This document shows, in pieces, positions 49,952-59,737 of a stretch of DNA of 64,000 nt. The DNA lies in contig CAXXJV010000001.1 of NCBI GenBank assembly GCA_963663475.2, positions 1,760,001 through 1,824,000 of the forward strand, in the 5' to 3' direction. Below the pieces are notes generated by a model. That model was not told where the DNA came from. It saw nothing but the letters and a program-made list of their open reading frames with translations, and ran no database searches. A program made the translations under genes and the position numbers. Numbering within the stretch: the first letter of the stretch is position 1; every line of letters starts with the position of its first letter. Origin of the DNA: Candidatus Cloacimonadales bacterium (GTDB lineage Bacteria > Cloacimonadota > Cloacimonadia > Cloacimonadales > JAFGVF01).

Positions 49952-51802
49952 TTAATCACTCCATGGATTCTCGGTAAGGGAAGAATCATAATTATATATC
50001 CAATCTTGATTTTCTTGACCACCAGATGTTACCCAACCAGAGAAATCTGGATAAGCTCTGAAAATAGGAATATTTTCTTTAACTGCAGGAACCCAGCTAT
50101 CAGTTGAGAAGTAAAGGGCCCAAGGGTAATTGTTTTCAGTTTTATACCAGTTACCTGAGAAGAGGAGAGAAGCATCGTCACCAGTTCCAAAAGAATCCAT
50201 GTTAGCATATTCTGTAGGAGGATAACCAGGAAGATGGACTTCTAAGCTTCTATTGTTACTTCTAAACAAGAAGAAGTCTGGGATAGGATTTTCAGGTTGT
50301 GGTTCATTAGGGTCAAAATAAATTCTGATAGACATATCATCGCCTTGAGTTAAATCCATTTGTCCAATATCATGAATAAGAACAGCAGTATTTGAAGCAA
50401 ATTTATCAATATAGGTCATAGTTGACCAATCACCATTAGCTTGACCATTAGACCAGTTTGTTGGTAAAGAATAGGCTACTACAGAATTGAGCATATTCCC
50501 TTCGTCAAAAGGAATATAACTTGTTGAGGATATAGTAGATTGTGTATCTAAAAAACGAAGAGCAAGTCCATTATGCAGACTAGCCCCAGCCTTCATTACT
50601 TTTAAATAAAGGTCGAAATAGACTATTTTATTGTCTGCATTCACTTTAAATTCTGAGTCTGAAATGTAAATATAAAGATCATTAAAGTCATAATCACCCT
50701 TATCAGGCCAAAGATCTTCATACATGATAAAACCACCAGGAACTGAAATTTCACCAGCTATATTAGGATTTCCAGGTTCTGAATCTTCAGAATTAGCTAC
50801 ACCATCTCCATCAGAATCAATTGCTGAAACTTCTGTATCATATAAGGTTACTAACCAGTTATCTAAACGAACATTACCTTGCAGACCATTGTATTGGCCA
50901 ATAATAACCAAATACTTAGCATTATTCAAATTATTATTAGTTCTGTCAGAGAAAAATCTATCTGTATTGGTATAAGTCCAAGGTGACCATGGAAAGAAAC
51001 TAAGATAGTTCATATTCTCATCTAAAAATATGTAAGTATTAGTTATGTATGAACCATATGGGCAGTCATTTAAATCAGCAGTATCTGGCCTTTTGGCTCC
51101 TTCTAAATTTTCATTAAAATAATCATATCCTTCTACATCAATAGTTTGCATAATAACCCAGTCCGTACCTAAAATTAGATAATCTGTAAGTCCATCTGAT
51201 TCTTTTTGAATAGAACCACTTCCATTAGGATTGAATTTAGTTTTGTGCCAGCCTGTGTTTGCTGGTGGAACTTGAGTAGGAATATGAATGTTATTATTAT
51301 CAATGAAAGGTTGAATGATCCAAGGAGAGATATCATTAATTGTTAAAAAGTCTGAATTATCATCATCAATTTCTCCTGCAAAATAGGGATCTTGATTTGC
51401 TTGATAAGCAAAACGTTGATTATCAGAAGTTGGAACTAGGATATTATGTTCTTTAGTTGAAGTTGAAATCTCCTGAGAGAAATTGAAGGCCGGAAGCTCA
51501 ATTATTAAGTTATCGAAACCTATAACCGAATTAATATTCATTTCTAAATTTCCATCAATAACAAATTTACGAGCTAAAACATCACGATTGTGACGGACAA
51601 TTACTAAGTTTTTACCTGTAATATTAGGTCCATCAATGGTAATGTTCAGCTTGATATAATCTAAATTTGTCCAGTTAAAATCATCAGGAATATCTAAATT
51701 TTGATAATCTTCTGCTGGAGAAGTTGAATTATCATCGCTACATCCCACTATACCCAAAACTAATAGTCCTGTAAGTAAGATTAGAAAAAAAGTTCTTCTC
51801 AT
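49952..51802 (-). CDS. LruC/DUF4842-domain lipoprotein
   Basis: Lipobox IVGC. DSDGDGV, YEDLWPDKGDYDFNDL, EVHLPGYPPT, PWAL and AYPDF..WV.SGG motifs. Confidence 0.85.
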   Translation of the reverse strand: MRRTFFLILLTGLLVLGIVGCSDDNSTSPAEDYQNLDIPDDFNWTNLDYIKLNITIDGPNITGKNLVIVRHNRDVLARKFVIDGNLEMNINSVIGFDNLIIELPAFNFSQEISTSTKEHNILVPTSDNQRFAYQANQDPYFAGEIDDDNSDFLTINDISPWIIQPFIDNNNIHIPTQVPPANTGWHKTKFNPNGSGSIQKESDGLTDYLILGTDWVIMQTIDVEGYDYFNENLEGAKRPDTADLNDCPYGSYITNTYIFLDENMNYLSFFPWSPWTYTNTDRFFSDRTNNNLNNAKYLVIIGQYNGLQGNVRLDNWLVTLYDTEVSAIDSDGDGVANSEDSEPGNPNIAGEISVPGGFIMYEDLWPDKGDYDFNDLYIYISDSEFKVNADNKIVYFDLYLKVMKAGASLHNGLALRFLDTQSTISSTSYIPFDEGNMLNSVVAYSLPTNWSNGQANGDWSTMTYIDKFASNTAVLIHDIGQMDLTQGDDMSIRIYFDPNEPQPENPIPDFFLFRSNNRSLEVHLPGYPPTEYANMDSFGTGDDASLLFSGNWYKTENNYPWALYFSTDSWVPAVKENIPIFRAYPDFSGWVTSGGQENQDWIYNYDSSLTENPWSD

Positions 51803-51823
51803 AATAAACTCCATTATTTTTTT

Positions 51824-51912
51824 GTTAAGCTAAGTAGTGCACTAGGATTTTAGGAAGGTATGCAGAAGAATATTCTGCTATTCACAAAAGCCTAATATAC
51901 TATTTGAATTAA
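51824..51912 (-). repeat. Degenerate internally deleted element D just upstream of the LruC gene
   Basis: Minus strand reads ttaattcaaatagt...tttgtgaatagcagaatattcttctgca...gcactacttagcttaa. Confidence 0.6.
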
Positions 51913-51943
51913 ATTTTAATCAAATATTTCAAAATAGCTAATT

Positions 51944-52441
51944 TTATTTTAGTACATCACTTACAGTTGCAGACATAGATGCAGGAAAGGCTACTATGAT
52001 AATTCTTTTTAAAGCAAGAATGTTATCTATCCCCCAGGGACATTTATTGAGGATTGTAAGTATGATAGCTACAACTGATATGGATATAAAATAAGTAGAT
52101 AAAACTCTTATAATATATTGAGTCATATTATTTTTAAGATAAAATCTATAAAAATTAAAGTAAACAAAAAGGGAAATAAAGAAAATTGAGATTAGAGATA
52201 AGACTAAAACATTTATCAAAGGTAACTCTTGGCCTAACTCCCAGGTCTCGGCTGTAAAGGCCATGGGAATTGCCAGTAGGGATGAACCTACTAAGACTTG
52301 TAGCAGGTCTCTGGGTCTAAACTCAACCATTAAAGGCCTTAAAAGATGACTTAGCACGTTGCCTGTCTCATCCTTGACTGGTGTGACTTTGTATAAATAA
52401 CCACCTATCCTTTTAACTTTTGTTTCATTTTTATGATTCAT
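51944..52441 (-). CDS. DUF2391 / TIGR02587-like integral membrane protein
   Basis: RDLLQVLVGSSLLAIPMAFTAETWELG...FPASMSATVSD, with 4 TM segments. Confidence 0.75.
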   Translation of the reverse strand: MNHKNETKVKRIGGYLYKVTPVKDETGNVLSHLLRPLMVEFRPRDLLQVLVGSSLLAIPMAFTAETWELGQELPLINVLVLSLISIFFISLFVYFNFYRFYLKNNMTQYIIRVLSTYFISISVVAIILTILNKCPWGIDNILALKRIIIVAFPASMSATVSDVLK

Positions 52442-52543
52442 AATATACTCCTAAAGCTAATTAGGATATGTAAATAATAATTGTCAAGCTAAAAAATTGA
52501 TAGAATTTTTTTCGGCTCAAGTTCAAGTCTGGTGGAAACAACT

Positions 52544-52698
52544 AAGCTATGGACTGAGACCATCCCAGGTCTCAGAAGAATGTGTAAGCAAAAAAGCTAG
52601 GGACTGAGACCATCTTGGTCTCAGAAGAATGTGCAAGCAAAAAAGCTATGGACTGAGACCATCTTGGTCTCAGAGAAGTTGACTTTGTCAACACTCTG
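52544..52698 (+). repeat. Three tandem REP-like hairpins (GGACTGAGACCATCTTGGTCTCAG, 49-50 bp period) plus a 23-bp end motif
   Basis: Units start at 52551, 52601 and 52650. 52676-52698 is the exact reverse complement of 58298-58320. Confidence 0.85.
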
Positions 52699-52747
52699 AG
52701 CTACAGAGTAGCGACAGAAAAGCCTAAGATATGCCGAAATTCGATTA

Positions 52748-54070
52748 TTAAGGTTGAGTTTCTCTTTTATCAAGCAAACATTTAAGCCTATTTACGAAAT
52801 CTATTTCATTATTCATTAGGGCTTTTGAAAAATCCTGGTCCTTTGGATTTGGAATATTTACACCATCAACAATAAACTTAACATTATCATTTCCTATCCA
52901 TTGGTTACTATGTGATTTTGATTTATCTACATCAGTTTCCAGTGGGTAAAGTAATCCTCCAACAATAACATCATATTCTGAATTATTATTATAATAACTT
53001 ATGTATGTATTTATCTGGAAAAAGTCTGTTCTATCTAAGTCATTAGACTCAAAATTCATTTTTTTCCATTTGGCATCAAAGACTGCGATTTTTTTCCCTT
53101 TTCTAAGTATTAGATCAGGTATTATAGATCTCTTGAAGAAATTATTTTGATATAATAATTCGCTTTCTTGAGTTAGAACTTCCCAGTCACTCAGATTTTC
53201 CTTTAAGATTCTAGCAAGATATAGCTCCCACACTTCTGACATATCAAGGAAAATACCAAAACTATCATTACTACCGCTATTACTCTGAAAGAATACTGAT
53301 TTATTATTTATAATTCTCCAAGATAGGTCAACCACTCTTTTGAAAGGTAGGTAGATTGATTGATACTTTATTTTAACATATTCAGATATTGTTACTTTTC
53401 TGAGAAGTAAATCTTGTCTTAGCAAATGGGATATAGCATCTTGAGCAGAATCTGAAGGTTTTGTAATAAAATTTTGAAATAATATCCTATAAGTTTGAAA
53501 TAATATTTGTGAGATAGTTTCATCAAAATACTTCGATGAAAAATCAGAAACAACTTGTTTATTATTAAAATAGGGTTTCACTGATTTCTTTATATTTAAC
53601 CTTCCTTTTATGGTTAAACCCCTATGATGCTCTTTCTTTTTAACTCTGGGTAAACCAAATTTGTTCGCGTCTCCCAGCTGCTTTAACCAAATTATTCCAA
53701 TAAGTTCCTTAATCCAAAACTCTTCACAATTAACTTGATCAGAAAAGCTCTTTGGTAATTGAATATTATAGATATATTCGAGCATTTTGGTTAGAAATAT
53801 ACTGCCAAATCTTGGTTGAATATCGACATGGACATCAGACTTTAAGTACTTAAAGTTTATCTTTCCCACAAAACGATTAGCTAACCAGTCTTTAATTTCA
53901 TAATCATAATAAACAAGTGCTTCCTTTACTTCTCTATTTGTTAGTTTAAGGAATGAACCATCACTCCTTTTAATCAGTTCTTCAATTATCTTACTTCTGT
54001 TTTTCTGCTGAGAAGATGGTTTTAATTCATCAAACTTTGAGCAGTCTTTAGCTTTTAACTGTATTGCCAT
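52748..54070 (-). CDS. mcrC: McrC-family PD-(D/E)xK nuclease
   Basis: FVG.I, IQPRF, DMSEVWELY, IPDLIL...FDAKWK and DFFQI..Y motifs. Confidence 0.88.
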   Translation of the reverse strand: MAIQLKAKDCSKFDELKPSSQQKNRSKIIEELIKRSDGSFLKLTNREVKEALVYYDYEIKDWLANRFVGKINFKYLKSDVHVDIQPRFGSIFLTKMLEYIYNIQLPKSFSDQVNCEEFWIKELIGIIWLKQLGDANKFGLPRVKKKEHHRGLTIKGRLNIKKSVKPYFNNKQVVSDFSSKYFDETISQILFQTYRILFQNFITKPSDSAQDAISHLLRQDLLLRKVTISEYVKIKYQSIYLPFKRVVDLSWRIINNKSVFFQSNSGSNDSFGIFLDMSEVWELYLARILKENLSDWEVLTQESELLYQNNFFKRSIIPDLILRKGKKIAVFDAKWKKMNFESNDLDRTDFFQINTYISYYNNNSEYDVIVGGLLYPLETDVDKSKSHSNQWIGNDNVKFIVDGVNIPNPKDQDFSKALMNNEIDFVNRLKCLLDKRETQP

Positions 54071-56046
54071 TATTTGCCTGACAGAAAAAGAGATTCAAAT
54101 TTTTTCATTTTAGTTAATTTAGTATTCTTATCTAAATTCCCACAATAAGCTTCTAACATAGGTTTTATAGAAATATGCCATAATACTTTAACAGGTTCTT
54201 TAGCATTTGTTAGTGTATCATTCGATTTAACATATAAAACATGGTTTGTTTTGTTAGTCTTTACACTTTTTAGTATATCAACAATATCAGCAAAGAAGGT
54301 GTGTCCAATCTCCCACTCTTTACCAAAATCTTCATCTTTTTCTAGAGATTCGTTAATTGCTGAAGCTCTTCTGATTAGTTCGTCTATATGTTCAGAATTT
54401 ATTTCTATTTTGATTTCAGACTTTGGATCATAGCATTTGGAGTAAATAATTTCTCTTAATCTATTTTCATTATAACCATAGAAGTACCAGACAAACCTTC
54501 TGCGAAGAGCAAAATCTATTCTTTCTAAGGAGAAATCTATTTGATTCATTGTTCCAATGAAATATAGATTTTCTGGAACTTTAAGTCCTAGAAACTCCTT
54601 ATTCGATTCATCAATTGCAGATAACTTAACCGTTTCATCTCTATTTTCAATTGCTGAAAATAGTTCACCGAATAAACGACTTAAATCAACACGATTTATC
54701 TCATCTAAGATTAAAATATAAGGATACTTCTTGTCCTTCTCATTATTCTGGTTTTCTTCATTAATCTTATCAATTAGCTTTAATAAGTAGCCCTTTTCCC
54801 ATTTAGTCTCATTGTTAACAATCTTCATTCCGACTATAAAATCTTCATAGCTATAGTTTTGATGTAATTGTAAGTTTAATATTCTTTGCTCAAATTCTTC
54901 CTTGAAATCCATCATCAGTACTGTATTAATATCTTCCGTCTGGATATAACTTTGACGGATTAACATTTCAGCCAGCTTTTTAGCAGAATAAGTTTTACTT
55001 GTACCTGGAGGTCCATAAAAGACTATTTGTCTTTTGTATTTTAAAGCATCAAATTCTGAAAACTCTGCCTCTGAATCATTACCTTTGAAATTCCAAAAAG
55101 AGATTATTGGTTCACTATAGAAACTTTCATCCCACTCAATTTTTTCGTTGTTGTGTAAGTTTTTTTTAATCTGTTCTTTAATAACTCCAATTTCTTGGTC
55201 AATTTTAAGTTTACCTACCACGATTGTGTCAGAATCTGATCTTTCCTCGTTCACATCTTCAACACTTAATAAGCTAGAGAAAGCTTTAACAATATTTAAC
55301 TTATGAGGATAAGATGCTATAGGTTCAAAGAACTTTTCATCAGAAATATTCAATAGCATATTGATTATAGGTTTTTTATAAATAGTTGGAAATAATTGTT
55401 TTGAAGTATCGCTCAAATTTTTAATAAAATCGATTTTAGATTCATTATTGTTTATGGAGTCATTTATAAAATCACATAAATCATTGTTGAATGATTGCTT
55501 ATCATATGTATCATTCATTTTGTCCTTATTATTACTAAAAATATAAATAAAAAGTAAAATTAATGATGCTATATCATCAAATTTTTGCAGGTTTAGCATA
55601 CCATAACTAGCAATACCATAATCAACAAAATAATCACTACTAAAATCATCACTACTAAAATCTTCACCAACACTATTTTTATCAAAATATTTTTTTACAT
55701 CTTCAACTTTAGTATCCCTTTTCATCCCAGTATTGCCAATAGGGAGATTTCTTAACCAAACTAAATTAGCGAACAGTTCTTTAACATTATCTTTAACATT
55801 TTTTAATTGTTCATTAACTTTAACATCAAAATTTACATTTTCATTCTCTTTTTTCCGTTTTTTTACATAATCACTATCTTTATCGATAGCATTTTCTATA
55901 AATGCTTTTTCTAATGCTAAGAGATTGTCTTCTGTAAATACCTCCGTATCAGAAAACAATGATTTCCCTTTTATAAAGTTCTTCAGAAAATCGTTAAACA
56001 AAGTATAAACAGTTTGTTTATTTGCATTTCCAGTATTTTCGCTCAT
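54070..56046 (-). CDS. mcrB: McrB-family AAA+ GTPase with long uncharacterised N-terminal domain
   Basis: GPPGTSKT, HQNYSYEDF, LDEINR, GTMNQID...ALRRRF and IGHTFF motifs. Confidence 0.9.
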   Translation of the reverse strand: MSENTGNANKQTVYTLFNDFLKNFIKGKSLFSDTEVFTEDNLLALEKAFIENAIDKDSDYVKKRKKENENVNFDVKVNEQLKNVKDNVKELFANLVWLRNLPIGNTGMKRDTKVEDVKKYFDKNSVGEDFSSDDFSSDYFVDYGIASYGMLNLQKFDDIASLILLFIYIFSNNKDKMNDTYDKQSFNNDLCDFINDSINNNESKIDFIKNLSDTSKQLFPTIYKKPIINMLLNISDEKFFEPIASYPHKLNIVKAFSSLLSVEDVNEERSDSDTIVVGKLKIDQEIGVIKEQIKKNLHNNEKIEWDESFYSEPIISFWNFKGNDSEAEFSEFDALKYKRQIVFYGPPGTSKTYSAKKLAEMLIRQSYIQTEDINTVLMMDFKEEFEQRILNLQLHQNYSYEDFIVGMKIVNNETKWEKGYLLKLIDKINEENQNNEKDKKYPYILILDEINRVDLSRLFGELFSAIENRDETVKLSAIDESNKEFLGLKVPENLYFIGTMNQIDFSLERIDFALRRRFVWYFYGYNENRLREIIYSKCYDPKSEIKIEINSEHIDELIRRASAINESLEKDEDFGKEWEIGHTFFADIVDILKSVKTNKTNHVLYVKSNDTLTNAKEPVKVLWHISIKPMLEAYCGNLDKNTKLTKMKKFESLFLSGK

Positions 56047-56216
56047 AATTTCCTCCTAGTTTTAATTATAGCTTTATTTAAGCTATATGTATTATATATA
56101 AATATTAGTCAACAATTTTTATCAAATTGGCATAAATAATGAACTAAACTCAATGAAATAGCCTATCAAATATATAAAAAACTATATTCATATCATTAAT
56201 CTCTTATATGAAATTT

Positions 56217-58055
56217 CTAAAACCCTATAATTTTTCTTGTAGATTTATCGAAGGCACTATTCATTTCAAGATTACAGTACTTTTCTAAATCAGCTTGTGT
56301 CAGTAAAGCTACCTCTTTTGATGCTGCTTGAGTACAAGCATTTTTTATAACAACATCGATTTGTCCTCCTGTCAGATTATAATTATTCGCTAGATAAATC
56401 AAATCAATATCTTCATATCCTGGAATGATCTTGGGAAGTTTGGATTTCCATAATTTTAATCTTTCGTTTGCTGTTGGTAATGGTAACTGAAATTTAAGGT
56501 GAAATCTTCTACTAAAGGCTTCATCAAGATTATCTACTAGATTAGTAGTAGCTATTAAAAAGCCATCAAGGTTTTCGAAAGATTCCAAGAATAAGTTTTG
56601 CATAGAATTAAGCATGTTCTCAACAGGATTTCCAGACTTACTATTTCTTTTAGTTAAAAATTGATCTGCTTCATTAAGCAGTAATACAGGAGGATTTTCA
56701 ACTTTTCTGACTATTTTCTCATAAGTAGTAAACAAACGTTTAATATTCTTTTCACTCTCTCCTACCCATTTAGATTTTAGTTTGCTTATATCAGTTACTA
56801 ATAAGTATTTACCTAAATAATTTGCTATTACTCCTGCCGTAAATGTTTTGCCTGTACCAGGCTGTCCGTAAAAGAGCATCAACAGACTTTGTCTATGCAT
56901 TTTATCATCTCCAAGCAAATTAGCAGGTTTTTCTAACAGGCCCCATGATTGCATTGTGGAACTAACTGTTTGGTCATATAGTTTAAGAGATGTTTTAATA
57001 GTATTCTTCATATCTAAAGGAAGAATTAGTTGTTCAAATGTCTGTGTAGGTTTTATTAAGGTAAATATATTATCACTTTCTATGATTTGTTTTATTTTAT
57101 CTTCATCAGTCACAGGCTCTTTATTGAAAATTCTATTCATGATATCTGTTGAAATTTTAATATCTATGTCATCTGAAATAAGTGATGAGCTTTCTGTAAA
57201 TTCAATTAATCTGCTTTTAGCTAAGTGTCCCTTTGGGTCAAGATATTGTTTATTAGTAAATATTTCTTTTTGATCTATGCTAATAAGCTCAACAATATCC
57301 TTAGTATAAAATATTTCATCCTCTAATTTTGTTTTTACAAGATACATAAGAATTATTTTCTCTTTTGTATTTAAATTAAATTCTTCACTAAGAGTATCAA
57401 ATGCAAATGTCTGATTGGATAATTTCAATCTATTGTTTATTTTAATTTTCCAGTTAAAGACCTTTAAGTAAGCTTGAGCCGTATAAGAAGATAAGATTTT
57501 GTTTTTACATGTAGAACATGACTTCTCGTTTTTAAAATTGTTGAGGTATTCAAGATAAGAGAACCAATCACTAAGATATTCTAGGTTGTTCTCATAAGGA
57601 ATGTTACTATCTACTTGCTTGATTTTCTTTTCTCCAAAAAGTAGCTGTATAAAATCTCTATGAAATTCAATCTTACAAGTTATTAGTTCACTCTTTTTAT
57701 AATTTATATATATATTTTCATCTTCTAACCAATTATCCAAGATTATTACTTCTTTAATAGAAGAGTATAGAATATCTTTTTTTAGTAAAGTAATTATATT
57801 ACCTAAAGAATCTAGTTGTTCACCTTGAGATGTGATAAATTTTGATAAAATACTAAAAATGTCTGTTGTAGTAGTATTTTTCTCAATTACTTCAATCCAC
57901 ATACATGCTATAAATTTAATATCAAAACTGCTTAAACTGTAAAGTTTGATTTCATCTAAGTTAATAAAATTATCTATCAAAGAATCCAAATCAGTTTTAT
58001 CTTCTTGTAAACATATCAAATCTCCAATTTCAGCCAAGTATTTGTAAGCTCTCAT
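56217..58055 (-). CDS. AAA+ ATPase with large N-terminal domain
   Basis: FYGQPGTGKT, SKWVGESEKN, LLNEAD and ATTNL..NLDEAFSRRF motifs. Likely start is ATG 58055 after AGAGGA. Confidence 0.85.
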   Translation of the reverse strand: MRAYKYLAEIGDLICLQEDKTDLDSLIDNFINLDEIKLYSLSSFDIKFIACMWIEVIEKNTTTTDIFSILSKFITSQGEQLDSLGNIITLLKKDILYSSIKEVIILDNWLEDENIYINYKKSELITCKIEFHRDFIQLLFGEKKIKQVDSNIPYENNLEYLSDWFSYLEYLNNFKNEKSCSTCKNKILSSYTAQAYLKVFNWKIKINNRLKLSNQTFAFDTLSEEFNLNTKEKIILMYLVKTKLEDEIFYTKDIVELISIDQKEIFTNKQYLDPKGHLAKSRLIEFTESSSLISDDIDIKISTDIMNRIFNKEPVTDEDKIKQIIESDNIFTLIKPTQTFEQLILPLDMKNTIKTSLKLYDQTVSSTMQSWGLLEKPANLLGDDKMHRQSLLMLFYGQPGTGKTFTAGVIANYLGKYLLVTDISKLKSKWVGESEKNIKRLFTTYEKIVRKVENPPVLLLNEADQFLTKRNSKSGNPVENMLNSMQNLFLESFENLDGFLIATTNLVDNLDEAFSRRFHLKFQLPLPTANERLKLWKSKLPKIIPGYEDIDLIYLANNYNLTGGQIDVVIKNACTQAASKEVALLTQADLEKYCNLEMNSAFDKSTRKIIGF

Positions 58056-58297
58056 AAAAAAATCCTCTCTGAGTTTTTTTTTATTATAAGAGATTAATAG
58101 AAAAAGTAACAAAAAATTTTGCATTTTTATGATTTAGTTCAATTTCAATAGTGCTTTAGAGTATTTTTGGGATACAAAGCGTGAAGAAACAGCTCAAATA
58201 AAAAAATTAATATGTCGCCCCTCCAGGGCTCACTTTTACTTACATTTTTTGGAGTGTCTTGCGAGCATTCCTTATTATATGGCATCCCTTCGGGATA

Positions 58298-58393
58298 CAG
58301 AGTGTTGACAAAGTCAACTTTTCGATTTTATATGGAGTGGAAGCATCCTTGCTTCCACATAAGAATCTGAGACCATCTCGGTATCAGTCCATA
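58298..58393. repeat. 23-bp end motif followed by a head-to-head doublet of two different REP-like hairpins
   Basis: CAGAGTGTTGACAAAGTCAACTT; GGAGTGGAAGCATCCTTGCTTCCAC (58334-58358); inverted CTGAGACC unit (58366-58390). Confidence 0.75.
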
Positions 58394-58423
58394 CTTTTTA
58401 TTAAACCCTTACTTTCCTTGTAG

Positions 58424-58502
58424 CATCCTTAATCCTTCCTTTACAGTCTTTCGATGAAACTGGGACTTTCATCGAAAGACTGTAAAGGAAGGATTAAGGA
58501 TG
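58424..58502. repeat. Perfect 36-bp inverted repeat with 7-nt loop
   Basis: 58424-58459 is the exact reverse complement of 58467-58502. Confidence 0.95.
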
Positions 58503-58527
58503 ATTGCACTTAGTTTATTCAAAATAA

Positions 58528-58558
58528 AACCCGAACAATGTTTGAATTGCTCGGGTTT
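58528..58558 (-). terminator. Probable intrinsic terminator of the YitT gene
   Basis: AACCCGAACAAT...ATTGCTCGGGTT stem, followed on the minus strand by TTTATTTT. Confidence 0.6.
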
Positions 58559-58580
58559 AAGGAGGATATTATGAAAAAAA

Positions 58581-59573
58581 TTATTTTCTTTTAGCAGAAT
58601 CTAGTTCTGCCTGTATTTGTTCTATACTTTTATTATCTTGCAGGTTTAGCTGTCTGCTTTTAAATCCATAACCCATAACATCATAGACATCGTTAAGAAT
58701 AACGAATGAGTTTGGATCAATATTTTTTACTAAGTCTGTTAAAGGACCTACTTGGCGTCTATTACAGACACATAGTAGAACGTTTAGCTCTCTTCCGCTC
58801 CAGCCTGATTGGGCTTTAAACATGGTTACACCACGATTAAGTCTTTTATAAATTTCATTCTTTATCTCAATTGCTTCTGTAGAGATAATATAGACGCCCT
58901 TGATATAGGGAAGACCTTCACTAGCAATATCTGTAATCTTGGTTGAAATGAAGAGGTTTATATAGGCCCAGATTAATAATTTGATATCTTGGAAGGTTAT
59001 ACAAACTGATAAGATTATTAAAGTTTCAATAACCCAATAAGCTGAACCAACTGAAATACCTGTTTTCTGTTTTACCAGTGCTACAGGGATATCTGTTCCT
59101 CCGGTGGAACCTCTAAATCTAAAGATGATTCCTAAACCAAGTCCTAACATTACTGAACCAGCAATAGCTGAAAGATACATTTCATCAGGAGAAAGCATTG
59201 CTAATACTTCTTTTCCCTTGAAGAGATGTGTATAGGGCTCAAGTGAGCTTATTAAACCAATTTTATGTAAAGTTACAGGACTAACAGCATCGATCATGAG
59301 AGCGGACACTATCATTCCAAATATTGATCTAGACCCAAAAGTTTTTCCTATCATCAAAAAACTAATTATGAAAAGGGGAAAATTCATACTCAAGGAGATT
59401 ATACCCACTGGCAAATCAAAAAAGTGATTAAGAATCTGGGCTATACCCCCAACTCCTCCTGGTGACATTTGGTATGGCACTAAAAACCAAGAGTAGCCTA
59501 TACCATAAAAAATGCTACCAACAATTATTCCTAAGATTTGCTTATAGTCTAAGGCTTCTAAAGCTTTTTTCAT
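58581..59573 (-). CDS. YitT family membrane protein
   Basis: PGGVGGIA, NFPLF, GSTGGTDI, RGVT and IDPNSFV...VMGYGF motifs. Likely start is ATG 59573 after GAGGA. Confidence 0.9.
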   Translation of the reverse strand: MKKALEALDYKQILGIIVGSIFYGIGYSWFLVPYQMSPGGVGGIAQILNHFFDLPVGIISLSMNFPLFIISFLMIGKTFGSRSIFGMIVSALMIDAVSPVTLHKIGLISSLEPYTHLFKGKEVLAMLSPDEMYLSAIAGSVMLGLGLGIIFRFRGSTGGTDIPVALVKQKTGISVGSAYWVIETLIILSVCITFQDIKLLIWAYINLFISTKITDIASEGLPYIKGVYIISTEAIEIKNEIYKRLNRGVTMFKAQSGWSGRELNVLLCVCNRRQVGPLTDLVKNIDPNSFVILNDVYDVMGYGFKSRQLNLQDNKSIEQIQAELDSAKRK

Positions 59574-59737
59574 GTGTTCCTCTTTATTATTAATATTCTT
59601 TTTCTGCATAAATTTTTGGACTGTGATTATGTCAATATAAATCGTTTTTTTATCAAAATTAATATTTTTTTTCAGCTTTTTTTTAAAAAAAGGACCATTT
59701 TCAGAAAAAGGGACCCTACAAGTAAGTGAAGGGTATG

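Noticed and set aside
52544-52673. Three palindromic repeats with regular spacing as a CRISPR array
   Set aside because: The intervening sequences are near-identical to each other and no cas genes are present. This is a tandem REP repeat.
4253-57273. Short ORFs antisense to or nested in long genes (e.g. 4253-4438, 10454-10741, 29561-29896, 38624-39007, 44893-45234, 56956-57273)
   Set aside because: Shadow ORFs of well-supported genes, with no RBS or domain evidence.
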